Positions 46,208 to 54,461 of a stretch of 64,000 nt of DNA are shown here, piece by piece (position 1 is the first letter of the stretch; every line of letters begins with the position of its first letter). The stretch lies in contig OMVV01000001.1 of NCBI GenBank assembly GCA_900314585.1, forward strand, positions 8,613 through 72,612, read 5' to 3'. The notes under the pieces were generated by a model, which was not told where the DNA came from, did not search any database, and was given only the letters and a program-made list of their open reading frames with translations. The DNA comes from an uncultured Erysipelotrichaceae bacterium (GTDB lineage Bacteria; Bacillota_I; Bacilli_A; RFN20; CAG-826). The position numbers and the translations under genes were made by a program.

Positions 46208-47701
46208 ATGGAAAAGAAAAAACTAGGATTATTAATCACATCAGTTTTGTCAGTCGGTGCTGTTTCTGCCACCATTTTAGCGTCAAATAATATTTCACCA
46301 TCTTTGAACGCTAAAGCTGATGGTGAACCATATACATTAACTATTGACGCCTCAAACAAATCAAACTTTGTTCAAGATGGTGACGTTTATAGAGGAACGT
46401 TTAAAACTGGTTTAGGAAATGATATTGTTTTTAGAATGAAATCCGCACCATCTTCTAAAGAAGGTGTTGCTTTTGAAATGACAAATATTAATGATTATTT
46501 GATTAATGAAACACCGCTTAGAGGTGTTACAAGAATGGATGTCACTGGCCATTATTTGAATGCCAGTGGTGATTTAGGGTATTACTATGCATTATATGTC
46601 TATTATCTTGCCGATCTTGATATGGCTAATTTAGATAAGGACACTCTTACAAATTCTACAAATAGAATTTATTCTGAAAAAGAATATGATCACACTTATG
46701 TTGTAAACACAGGTAGTGGTGTTGATAGAGCGGGTAGTGCTTATTATTACATTGGTAACAAAGACTATTTCTATAGTGGCGGAACATGGGTAATCGATTC
46801 TGTTAAATATTATTTTAGTTGCGCAAGCACTAGAACATATGTCAGTGTGACAAGTTCTGATTCCTCAAAAGGCGATGTTGCTATCGATGATGCGGTAGCG
46901 AATGATAAAGGCTATAAAGTTGTCGCTAATGGAACTTCTGTCACAATTCATGCTTACCCATTCTATGATTATCAAAATGATAATTTCTGTGTCTTTAAGG
47001 GATGGCATTTAAATGGCAGCGAACAAATCATTAGCACCGATGCTGATTACACATTCGTAACTGAACAAGATGGTGTTTATAAGTTTGTTGCAGAATTTAT
47101 CGAAGCACCAAGTGAAACTTTTATACAAGGTGTTAGATTATGCTATCAGGATGAAGATTATTTGGGCCAACTGATATGGCGTGAAGAATATACTGATACA
47201 TTCGTTAAATCTTACGATGACGCATACTATGACCTCGAAAGTTATGTTGGCACCATTAGTGGAAAAGGTGATTGTGAAACTCAAAGTTTTGATGAAGATG
47301 ATTTATGGCATCAACACGCTAGAGGAGAATCTGCCCTGACTCCTTATTTACGCTTAAACAAAGATTATGATAAATACTATAAAGCGGACGGACAAGGCCA
47401 CCAAGAAAAGGTTGATGTCAAAGACTTCAATCCTGATAAAGTTAGCTGCATTGAATTAGTGCTCGATAAGAGTGATGAGTGTGCAAGAGATGATCTTTCA
47501 ATTACTGGTGGCAATTTTGCCCACACCAAATTAAATATCGATGATACTGACGGCGAAAAGATTTCTAAATTCTATATCGATAATTTTACAAAAGACGAAA
47601 TCAAAATCAGTATTCCTGATAATATTAATGAAGTTAACTTCTTTAAGGTCAAAAGGTTAGTGGTTCACTACAAAATTGAAATTCCTCAAGCCGAACAATA
47701 A
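46208..47701 (+). CDS. secreted or surface protein with a divergent InlB B-repeat-like segment
   Basis: Signal peptide KKKLGLLITSVLSVGAVSATILAS with AKA-D as a likely SPase I site. The central FKGWHLNG...YTFVTEQDGVYKFVAEF resembles Listeria-Bacteroides/InlB B repeats. SD GTGAGGT upstream. Confidence 0.7.
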   Translation: MEKKKLGLLITSVLSVGAVSATILASNNISPSLNAKADGEPYTLTIDASNKSNFVQDGDVYRGTFKTGLGNDIVFRMKSAPSSKEGVAFEMTNINDYLINETPLRGVTRMDVTGHYLNASGDLGYYYALYVYYLADLDMANLDKDTLTNSTNRIYSEKEYDHTYVVNTGSGVDRAGSAYYYIGNKDYFYSGGTWVIDSVKYYFSCASTRTYVSVTSSDSSKGDVAIDDAVANDKGYKVVANGTSVTIHAYPFYDYQNDNFCVFKGWHLNGSEQIISTDADYTFVTEQDGVYKFVAEFIEAPSETFIQGVRLCYQDEDYLGQLIWREEYTDTFVKSYDDAYYDLESYVGTISGKGDCETQSFDEDDLWHQHARGESALTPYLRLNKDYDKYYKADGQGHQEKVDVKDFNPDKVSCIELVLDKSDECARDDLSITGGNFAHTKLNIDDTDGEKISKFYIDNFTKDEIKISIPDNINEVNFFKVKRLVVHYKIEIPQAEQ

Positions 47702-47710
47702 AATGCAAAA

Positions 47711-47736
47711 GAGCTAGACAAGTCTAGTTCTTTTTT
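47711..47736 (+). terminator. intrinsic terminator
   Basis: GAGCTAGA-caag-TCTAGTTC followed by TTTTTT. Confidence 0.85.
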
Positions 47737-48003
47737 GTTTATTATCTTAAAGATGGTGTGCTTATCATATCTAACCTTTTAAAACCGCCATTTAGTAATT
47801 AAAATGGCTAGTGCATGAGTGGAAATGTGATATTTAATATCACGATACGTTTTTTCGCGAACAAATTAAAAATAGATAAAAATCTCGTTACGATTTTTGA
47901 AAATTACCTTAATAGCTAAATTGCTTTAGCAATCAACACATAAGAGTGCTTGCTTCTTCTTCTTCTATATAAAATAAATATGTTTTATAAGAAGGTAGTT
48001 TTT

Positions 48004-49509
48004 ATGAATAAAAAGAAGGGTTTATTATTATTTTGTACACTAGCATCTGCAATTACAGTAACTGCAGTCACATTTGCTGTTAAAGCTAGTGGCGAAGAAT
48101 CAACATTTTCCGCCAAAGCCGAAAGAGGCGTCACCAATACACTAACTATCAACAGGGATAATTTATCATTAATTAGCAATAGATATTATCGAGTCGTTAC
48201 TCCAAACAGCAATCAGATTAAACTATTAATTTATGGTTCATATGGAACTTTTGCAGGAAACGGTTGCATTAGATTAGAAGGCACTGGATCCTTACGAGTC
48301 GAAAAAGAACAAGACAATTACCACGCGATTACAGGTATTGAATCTATTACCGTTAATTATTTAAGATGCCCAGATTATATTAGCAAACCTAGTGTTACCG
48401 AAGCTGGTCAAGCAGGAGACTTAACTGTTGAATACGGTTACATCAATGGTGAAAACGCAATGTCTTATGGCGCTTCTAGATCGCTATCAAGCAGCGAAGC
48501 AACTGATTTAAGCGATATTTTGCCGAGATATTTCAAAATTTCCAAAGCTTGGAATCCTACAAATAGCGCGATAATTATTCAATCCATATCAGTTAACTAT
48601 ACTTGTAGTGAATCAATTACTGATGATTCTGTTTTAGCGGACATTATTTTGTCTTCATATAACACGACCCCATCATTTGATATGCCAAACTGGAGCGCAT
48701 CATTTGGTTTATATCCACAATCTTTAGCATCAAATTCAGACGATTTAGAAACTCTTTACCAGGATGACATTACTTACGGAACTCCATTAAGAGAAATCAC
48801 CGCAATTTCTAGTGGATATTATTATGTTAATAATAAGCTTTATTGTCGTAAAATTGCTGAATCAACCGGATACAACGACGAATACGTCGCAGGTAATCCA
48901 TACTGGTTTAATGTCGAGCCTGTTGAATGGTATGTTCAAGATCATTATTCACCAACTGAATACAATCGCGATCTTTTAATGCCGAAAGTTTTACTTGATA
49001 GTGGAGTTTTTGATAGCGATAAAAACGTTGATAGATATGGTGCTGATAGTGAAAATCCATCACAAATCCATGACTACTTAGAAGGTGATTTCTGCGAAAA
49101 GGTTTTCCCTAAAGGCTCATCTTACATATATCAAATGACCAAAGCCGCTGATACGGTTATCGTTAATGGAAACAATAGAAATGGTCGCGATGCTTTAAGC
49201 AATTGCACAGTTTATCTACCAAGTGAACAAGAATTAAGAAGAACAGATTATTGGGGAAAGAAATTCTCTGGAAGTAATGATTCCTCAGATACAAGACGTT
49301 TCCCGACAACCGATTATTTCCGCGCCAGTGGATATAACAATGGTTATTATGATAAGGATGGAATTATCAGTGCGGAATTTTGGCTTAGATGTAGTTACAA
49401 TTATCTTGGTATTTGCACAAGATATGGTCAAATGGGGACCAATTTTGGTAATGTTGCAAACGAGAACCGTGGTATATTCCCTGTCCTCTCAACCATTATT
49501 TATAAATAA
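48004..49509 (+). CDS. secreted or surface protein, paralogous N-terminal module plus a DUF6273-like C-terminal domain
   Basis: Signal peptide MNKKKGLLLFCTLASAITVTAVTFAVKAS. C-terminal VYLPSEQEL...FWLRCS...RGIFPVLS resembles the YWLRS-type DUF6273 pattern as I remember it. ATG 48004 is chosen because the start context (AAGGTAGTTTTTATG) is homologous to that of the upstream paralog. Confidence 0.7.
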   Translation: MNKKKGLLLFCTLASAITVTAVTFAVKASGEESTFSAKAERGVTNTLTINRDNLSLISNRYYRVVTPNSNQIKLLIYGSYGTFAGNGCIRLEGTGSLRVEKEQDNYHAITGIESITVNYLRCPDYISKPSVTEAGQAGDLTVEYGYINGENAMSYGASRSLSSSEATDLSDILPRYFKISKAWNPTNSAIIIQSISVNYTCSESITDDSVLADIILSSYNTTPSFDMPNWSASFGLYPQSLASNSDDLETLYQDDITYGTPLREITAISSGYYYVNNKLYCRKIAESTGYNDEYVAGNPYWFNVEPVEWYVQDHYSPTEYNRDLLMPKVLLDSGVFDSDKNVDRYGADSENPSQIHDYLEGDFCEKVFPKGSSYIYQMTKAADTVIVNGNNRNGRDALSNCTVYLPSEQELRRTDYWGKKFSGSNDSSDTRRFPTTDYFRASGYNNGYYDKDGIISAEFWLRCSYNYLGICTRYGQMGTNFGNVANENRGIFPVLSTIIYK

Positions 49510-49531
49510 CAATATAAATGTCTACCAATAA

Positions 49532-49557
49532 AGCGCTTGATAATTCAGGCGCTTTTT
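49532..49557 (+). terminator. intrinsic terminator
   Basis: AGCGCTTGA-taat-TCAGGCGCT followed by TTTTT. Confidence 0.85.
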
Positions 49558-49617
49558 ATTTGTTACAAATAAGATTAAAATAAAGATAGATTAATAACAT
49601 TAAAGAGGTTGATTATT

Positions 49618-50538
49618 ATGGCAAATTTCAAAGAAGTTAAGATTGTTGATAACTTCTATCAAAACAGTCTATTTTATCCAATGCCAACAGTGGCAATTTC
49701 AACATTAGCAGAAGATGGTTCCACGACCATTGGAGCGTATTCCCTTGTCTTCCCATATTACATCGCTGGTAAAAACTATTATGCGATGATTTTAGAATGT
49801 CGAAATTCATCGAATACCGCTCAGAATATTTTAAGGACTGGTAAATGCGCTCTTAATTTTATTAAGGATAGTAGAAAAGATTTCAAAGAACTTGTTAGAT
49901 TAGGTTTCCCTGGCAAAACCCCACAAGAAAAGATGAAAGATTGTCACTTCAAACTCATCAAAGGTGAATGTGATGGTGAAAGACCTCTTATCTTAGAAGA
50001 TGCATATCAAGTGATGGAATGTAGTTGGGATGATTCACTTGAAAAAGGTTATGAATCTAAGAAACATCTTGGTGAACTTGAAGGTGTTGAGCCTCCATAT
50101 AAAGATTTCAATGGAATTACATCCAAATTTGGTTGTCATTTTATTCTTAAGATCGACAAGATTTTGATGGTGGAGAAATACGCGGAAAACCTTAAAAAAG
50201 GTTTAAAACGTAATTCCTTCCCAAAAGTGCCAGTTGATTATGGCTATCACGATTCAAAGAATTTCTGGTATATGAGATTTGGTGGACGTAAACCAGTTGC
50301 TGAGCCAATCGCCGCCTCCAATAGCGGTTCAGTTGAATCGGTTATGTATTGTGCTGAAAGACTCGATACAAAAGTTAAATTCACCAAGGAAGCGTGTGAG
50401 TTATACGTGAAAATCCCGCGTCCATTTATGAAAGCAGCTTTATCTCAAATTGTAGATATTGCTGAGAAAAATGGTATTATGGTTATCGATAAAGAAGCTG
50501 CACTTAAGATTGCAGAACTTAGAAAGAAAAATAAATAA
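49618..50538 (+). CDS. flavin-reductase-like (FMN-binding split-barrel) domain protein with a C-terminal extension
   Basis: N-terminal FYPMPTVAISTLAEDGSTTIGAYSL...NTAQNILRTGKCALNF looks like the flavin reductase fold pattern. The assignment is weak. ATG 49618 lies behind AAGAGG. Confidence 0.4.
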   Translation: MANFKEVKIVDNFYQNSLFYPMPTVAISTLAEDGSTTIGAYSLVFPYYIAGKNYYAMILECRNSSNTAQNILRTGKCALNFIKDSRKDFKELVRLGFPGKTPQEKMKDCHFKLIKGECDGERPLILEDAYQVMECSWDDSLEKGYESKKHLGELEGVEPPYKDFNGITSKFGCHFILKIDKILMVEKYAENLKKGLKRNSFPKVPVDYGYHDSKNFWYMRFGGRKPVAEPIAASNSGSVESVMYCAERLDTKVKFTKEACELYVKIPRPFMKAALSQIVDIAEKNGIMVIDKEAALKIAELRKKNK

Positions 50539-50626
50539 GGCGATACGGATTTACCAATCGATCATCTCGACTTTCTCTTCTTAAGAACATTCTCCTATAA
50601 CGTATAAGTTAAATATGATAGATAAA

Positions 50627-50660
50627 ATGGTTGCTAGAGATGGCAATCATTTTTCTTTTT
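50627..50660 (+). terminator. intrinsic terminator
   Basis: ATGGTTGC, an 8-nt loop, then GCAATCAT followed by TTTTCTTTTT. Confidence 0.7.
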
Positions 50661-50695
50661 CTATTGAAAAGGTAATAGTCAAGGAGCATAATTAA

Positions 50696-50721
50696 GTAAG
50701 AAAGGTAAGAAAAGTAAGAAA
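50696..50721 (+). repeat. three perfect tandem GTAAGAAA 8-mers (9-nt period) abutting the start codon
   Basis: aGTAAGAAAgGTAAGAAAaGTAAGAAA-ATG read directly from the sequence. Confidence 0.6.
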
Positions 50722-50922
50722 ATGAAACAACTTAGCAATGATAAATTTATTGTCAGCGTGAAAGTGGGTCCTAAAGGTCAAATAACTATTCCTAAGGAAG
50801 CTCGGGAAATGTTTGAGATTAAAGAAGGGGACACTTTAATGGTAATGGGCGATCAAAAACGCGGTATTGCCTTATTAAAAGCTGATCTTTTCTACTCAAT
50901 TATGGAAGGTAATTTAAAATGA
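50722..50922 (+). CDS. AbrB/MazE/SpoVT-family DNA-binding protein
   Basis: VKVGPKGQITIPKEAREMFEIKEGDTLMV is a swapped-hairpin beta-barrel signature. Confidence 0.8.
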   Translation: MKQLSNDKFIVSVKVGPKGQITIPKEAREMFEIKEGDTLMVMGDQKRGIALLKADLFYSIMEGNLK

Positions 50923-51788
50923 GTGATTTTTTAAAACTTGAAAAAGTAAACAAAAAATATCCAACCTTTTCTTTGAAAGATGTCTCATTCACAGTTAATT
51001 CTGGTGAAATCATGGGTTTCATTGGCCGTAATGGTGCAGGTAAGACCACAACGCTTAAAAGCATCATGAATTTAATTCATTATGAAAGTGGTAAAATCTC
51101 CGCATTTGGCAAAGATATGACTGAGAATGAACTCGAAAACAAGCAAAGGATTGGTTTTGCATTAAGCGAACTAAACTATTATCCAAACAAGAGTATTCGT
51201 CAGTTACTTAATGTCACAAAAAGATTTTATAAAAACTTTGATGAAAAGAAGTTTTATGAAGTTTGTAAGATTTTTAATCTTAATTTAGATAAGAAACTTG
51301 AAGAACTCTCCAGCGGCATGAAGGTTAAATATTCAGTCGCTATCGCTTTAAGCCATAAGGCAGAACTATTAATTCTTGACGAACCAACATCAGGTCTAGA
51401 TCCGGTCTCTAGAGATGAAATTCTCGACATTTTCCGCGAAATTGTTAAAAACGGAGATCGAGCGATCCTCTTCTCAACCCACATTACAAGCGATCTTGAT
51501 AAATGTGCAACTAACATCACATATATCCATGATGGTGAGATTATCTATACAGGCACAAAAGCCAATTTCATCAATTCATATTTGTTTGTAGTTGATAAAT
51601 CAAAAAACAAAGATTTGGAAAAAGAATATATTGCATCTAAAGAACTCGATGATCATATCGAAGGTCTAATTGATGTAAAGAAAAAAGATATCTTTGTTAA
51701 AAATGGCATTAATCCTAAAGAACCAGACCTTGAACAAATCATGGTCTATTTAGAAAGGAGCAAGAACAATGAAGGCTTTACTTTATAA
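50919..51788 (+). CDS. ABC transporter ATP-binding protein (ABC-2 / YtrB-like type)
   Basis: Walker A GRNGAGKTT, signature LSSGMKVK and Walker B LLILDEPTSGLD. The start overlaps the upstream stop (ATGA). Confidence 0.9.
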   Translation: MSDFLKLEKVNKKYPTFSLKDVSFTVNSGEIMGFIGRNGAGKTTTLKSIMNLIHYESGKISAFGKDMTENELENKQRIGFALSELNYYPNKSIRQLLNVTKRFYKNFDEKKFYEVCKIFNLNLDKKLEELSSGMKVKYSVAIALSHKAELLILDEPTSGLDPVSRDEILDIFREIVKNGDRAILFSTHITSDLDKCATNITYIHDGEIIYTGTKANFINSYLFVVDKSKNKDLEKEYIASKELDDHIEGLIDVKKKDIFVKNGINPKEPDLEQIMVYLERSKNNEGFTL

Positions 51789-52455
51789 AGAATTTAAACT
51801 AGCGATGCATCCAATTTGCTATATATTCATCGCTTTATTTCCATTCATGATTCTAATCCCAGCTTATCCTTTAGCGATTGGTTTCATCTATGTTCTTACA
51901 ACATATCCAATCCTTTTCTTAGGAGCGAATAAGGGTCAACAGAGTAATGACTTATTATATTCAACTTTACTACCTGTTCGTAAGAAAGATATTGTCCGCG
52001 CAAGAATCTTCACGGTTGCGATTATGCAATTTGCATATATAGCAATTATGTGCTGCTTATACCCACTTGCTCTTTTGATTTATAAATCAGTTGGAAATAG
52101 TGGCGAACAAATCACTATTCCAGGTTTAACCCTAGATGGATTTGTCTCCGTTTTAGGTATCGCAATTATTGGCTTTGCAATTGCGGATTTAATCTTCTTC
52201 CCAATTTATTACAAAAACGGAAAATCAATTGTGATGTCAACTTTGTTGACAATCTTAGGTTTCGTTCTTTATTTAGCTATCTTCACGATCATCTTGGTTT
52301 ATATTCCAGGTTGTGAAGGATATAAGACATTCTTATGTGATAGTGGTGTTGGTGTGCAGTTCATTATTTTAGGTGCCGCCCTTGTTCTTTATGTCGCTAT
52401 TCACATCTTGGTGTACCACATTTCATCTAAACGATTAGAAAATGTTGATTTCTAA
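51769..52455 (+). CDS. ABC-2-type transporter permease-like membrane protein
   Basis: About six hydrophobic helices, with an N-terminus MKALLYKEFKL typical of ABC-2 membrane partners. Overlaps the ATPase gene by 20 nt. Confidence 0.7.
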   Translation: MKALLYKEFKLAMHPICYIFIALFPFMILIPAYPLAIGFIYVLTTYPILFLGANKGQQSNDLLYSTLLPVRKKDIVRARIFTVAIMQFAYIAIMCCLYPLALLIYKSVGNSGEQITIPGLTLDGFVSVLGIAIIGFAIADLIFFPIYYKNGKSIVMSTLLTILGFVLYLAIFTIILVYIPGCEGYKTFLCDSGVGVQFIILGAALVLYVAIHILVYHISSKRLENVDF

Positions 52456-52516
52456 TCTTTATTGAAATAAAGACCAAGATAAATTAAAATCAATTTGTCG
52501 AAAGAAGGTATTTTAT

Positions 52517-52927
52517 ATGGCATGTTTTACAGTCAGTGCAGTTGCCGCAATTGGTGTTGGCGTTGCCCGTCATATCGTTAAATATAACGAAAAGAAAGCC
52601 GAATTAGCAGGCAAAGAAGTTGATTTAAATAAATTCGGTGCAGAACTTAAATGGAGCAAAAAGCTCGGCATTTTAGAAACTGCATTATTTGCCGGTTCAT
52701 TCCTTTTAGCGGGTGAACACGTTATCCATGGAGAAGTTACTCCATTCCCACCATTCTTAACCGCAATGGAATCAGCAGAGGAAACTGCTGAGATGCTTTA
52801 TGAAATGGGTACAGTTGGTGTCGCTATGCTTGGCATGGTTGTCGCTTTCTGGGCAATCGGCATCTTTGTCTATGATTTAGTTAAATATCGTAAACGCAAA
52901 GGCAAAAAGGTTGCAGAGGTAAAATAA
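52517..52927 (+). CDS. Ala/Gly-rich three-helix membrane protein, unknown family
   Basis: 136 aa, with SD GAAGG upstream. I recognise no family. Confidence 0.6.
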   Translation: MACFTVSAVAAIGVGVARHIVKYNEKKAELAGKEVDLNKFGAELKWSKKLGILETALFAGSFLLAGEHVIHGEVTPFPPFLTAMESAEETAEMLYEMGTVGVAMLGMVVAFWAIGIFVYDLVKYRKRKGKKVAEVK

Positions 52928-53209
52928 ATGTATTTTATTACTGCCGCTATTTGTGCCGCAATCGCTGGTGGACTTTGGTTCTTCTTTAAGGATCGTAAAG
53001 CTCTCCACTTAGATTTATTAGCACTCATCTATGCCGCTGCCGCAACAATGTGGTTAGTGGATTGCATTTTCTCGGCTGCCGGTGGTGAAGACTTCGTTTC
53101 ATTCGAAGCCATCGATGGTTGGATTAGCCTTTGTACCGTTCTTTCTGGCGTATTCCTTTGGTTAATTGTTAGCTTCGTACTCAATAACCGTCAAAAAGCA
53201 ATTGCTTAA
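52928..53209 (+). CDS. three-helix membrane protein, unknown family
   Basis: 93 aa. The ATG immediately follows the upstream TAA (TAAATG). Confidence 0.6.
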   Translation: MYFITAAICAAIAGGLWFFFKDRKALHLDLLALIYAAAATMWLVDCIFSAAGGEDFVSFEAIDGWISLCTVLSGVFLWLIVSFVLNNRQKAIA

Positions 53210-53225
53210 GAAAATAAACAAATAG

Positions 53226-53247
53226 CCAACCTAAGAGGTTGGTTTTT
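53226..53247 (+). terminator. intrinsic terminator closing the cluster
   Basis: CCAACC-taaga-GGTTGG followed by TTTTT. Confidence 0.85.
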
Positions 53248-53264
53248 AAAAAGTGAGGTCATAT

Positions 53265-54461
53265 ATGTTATTAGATAAATTTATTCGTTATGTCAAAATA
53301 GACACTCAATCTGATGAAGATGCAACTTTAACCCCATCGACTTATAAACAATATGATCTTTTAAACGTTCTTAAAGAAGAACTTGAACAACTTGGAGTTG
53401 AATGTGAGCTTGATAAATATGGTCGATTATATGGCCATATTCCAGGTAATAAAGCGTATACGAACATTGGGTTATGCGCTCACGTAGATACAGCCTTAGA
53501 GTGTTCAGATACAGATGTTAGACCTCAAGTGATTAAAAACTATGATGGCAAAGACATTCCTTTAGGAGATTCTGGTTTATCTTTAACAAGCGAAGAATTT
53601 CCTATTCTTAAGAACTTTATCGGTAAAACACTTATTACTACCGATGGTTCAACCCTTTTAGGCGCCGATGATAAAGCTGGTGTCGCCATTATTATGGAGA
53701 CAATTGAAAGATATCTTAAACTTGACGTGGATAAACGTCGTGGATTCTCAATACTTTTCACTCCAGATGAAGAAGTCGGCAGAGGACCAGAACATTTTGA
53801 TCCGAAAAAATATAATTGTGAGTTTGCCTACACGATTGATGGCAATTCTCCAAAATATATCGAAATTGAAAACTTTAATGCGAAAGCAATCAAGATCAAT
53901 ATCGAAGGAAAATCAATTCATCCAGGATATGCAAAAGATACAATGATTAACGCCTCACTTGTTTTAGCGGATTTTATGAACAAGCTACCACAAGATATGA
54001 TTCCTTCAAAAACCGCAGATCGTGAAGGATTTAACCACGTTGTTTCAATAAGTGGCGATGTTGAACATGCTTCTGCTCATTACATTTTAAGAAACCATGA
54101 TGCGAAGATTTTAGATAAGCAAGTTGATGAATTTTTCACCATTAAAGATGAACTTCATAAAAAGTATCCTGGAGTTAAAATTTCCATGCAAATCACGGAT
54201 CAATATAAGAATATGATCGAAGTCATCAATCAAAAACCAGCGTGTAAAAACCATATTGAAAAGGTCTATAACAAACTAGGAATTAAGTTTGAATACACAC
54301 CGATTAGAGGTGGCACTGATGGAGCAACTTTCTCGTTTAAAGGAGTGCCATGTCCAAACTTAGGAACAGGCTCATATAATCATCACGGCCGCTATGAATT
54401 TGCGGTACTTGAAGAAATGGAAGAGATGGTCAAAATCTCTTTAGAAATCTTTAAACTTTAA
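53265..54461 (+). CDS. pepT: peptidase T (tripeptide aminopeptidase, M20B)
   Basis: MLLDKFIRYVKIDTQS, HVDT, GADDKAG, TPDEEVG and GGTDG are present. I prefer ATG 53265 behind GAGG to the track's GTG 53253. Confidence 0.9.
   Translation: MLLDKFIRYVKIDTQSDEDATLTPSTYKQYDLLNVLKEELEQLGVECELDKYGRLYGHIPGNKAYTNIGLCAHVDTALECSDTDVRPQVIKNYDGKDIPLGDSGLSLTSEEFPILKNFIGKTLITTDGSTLLGADDKAGVAIIMETIERYLKLDVDKRRGFSILFTPDEEVGRGPEHFDPKKYNCEFAYTIDGNSPKYIEIENFNAKAIKINIEGKSIHPGYAKDTMINASLVLADFMNKLPQDMIPSKTADREGFNHVVSISGDVEHASAHYILRNHDAKILDKQVDEFFTIKDELHKKYPGVKISMQITDQYKNMIEVINQKPACKNHIEKVYNKLGIKFEYTPIRGGTDGATFSFKGVPCPNLGTGSYNHHGRYEFAVLEEMEEMVKISLEIFKL

Noticed and set aside
45129-50538. An integrated prophage or genomic island at tRNA-Arg.
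   Set aside because: There is no integrase, recombinase or phage gene, and I could find no direct repeat of the tRNA 3' end by eye. I kept it only as an accessory-looking segment.
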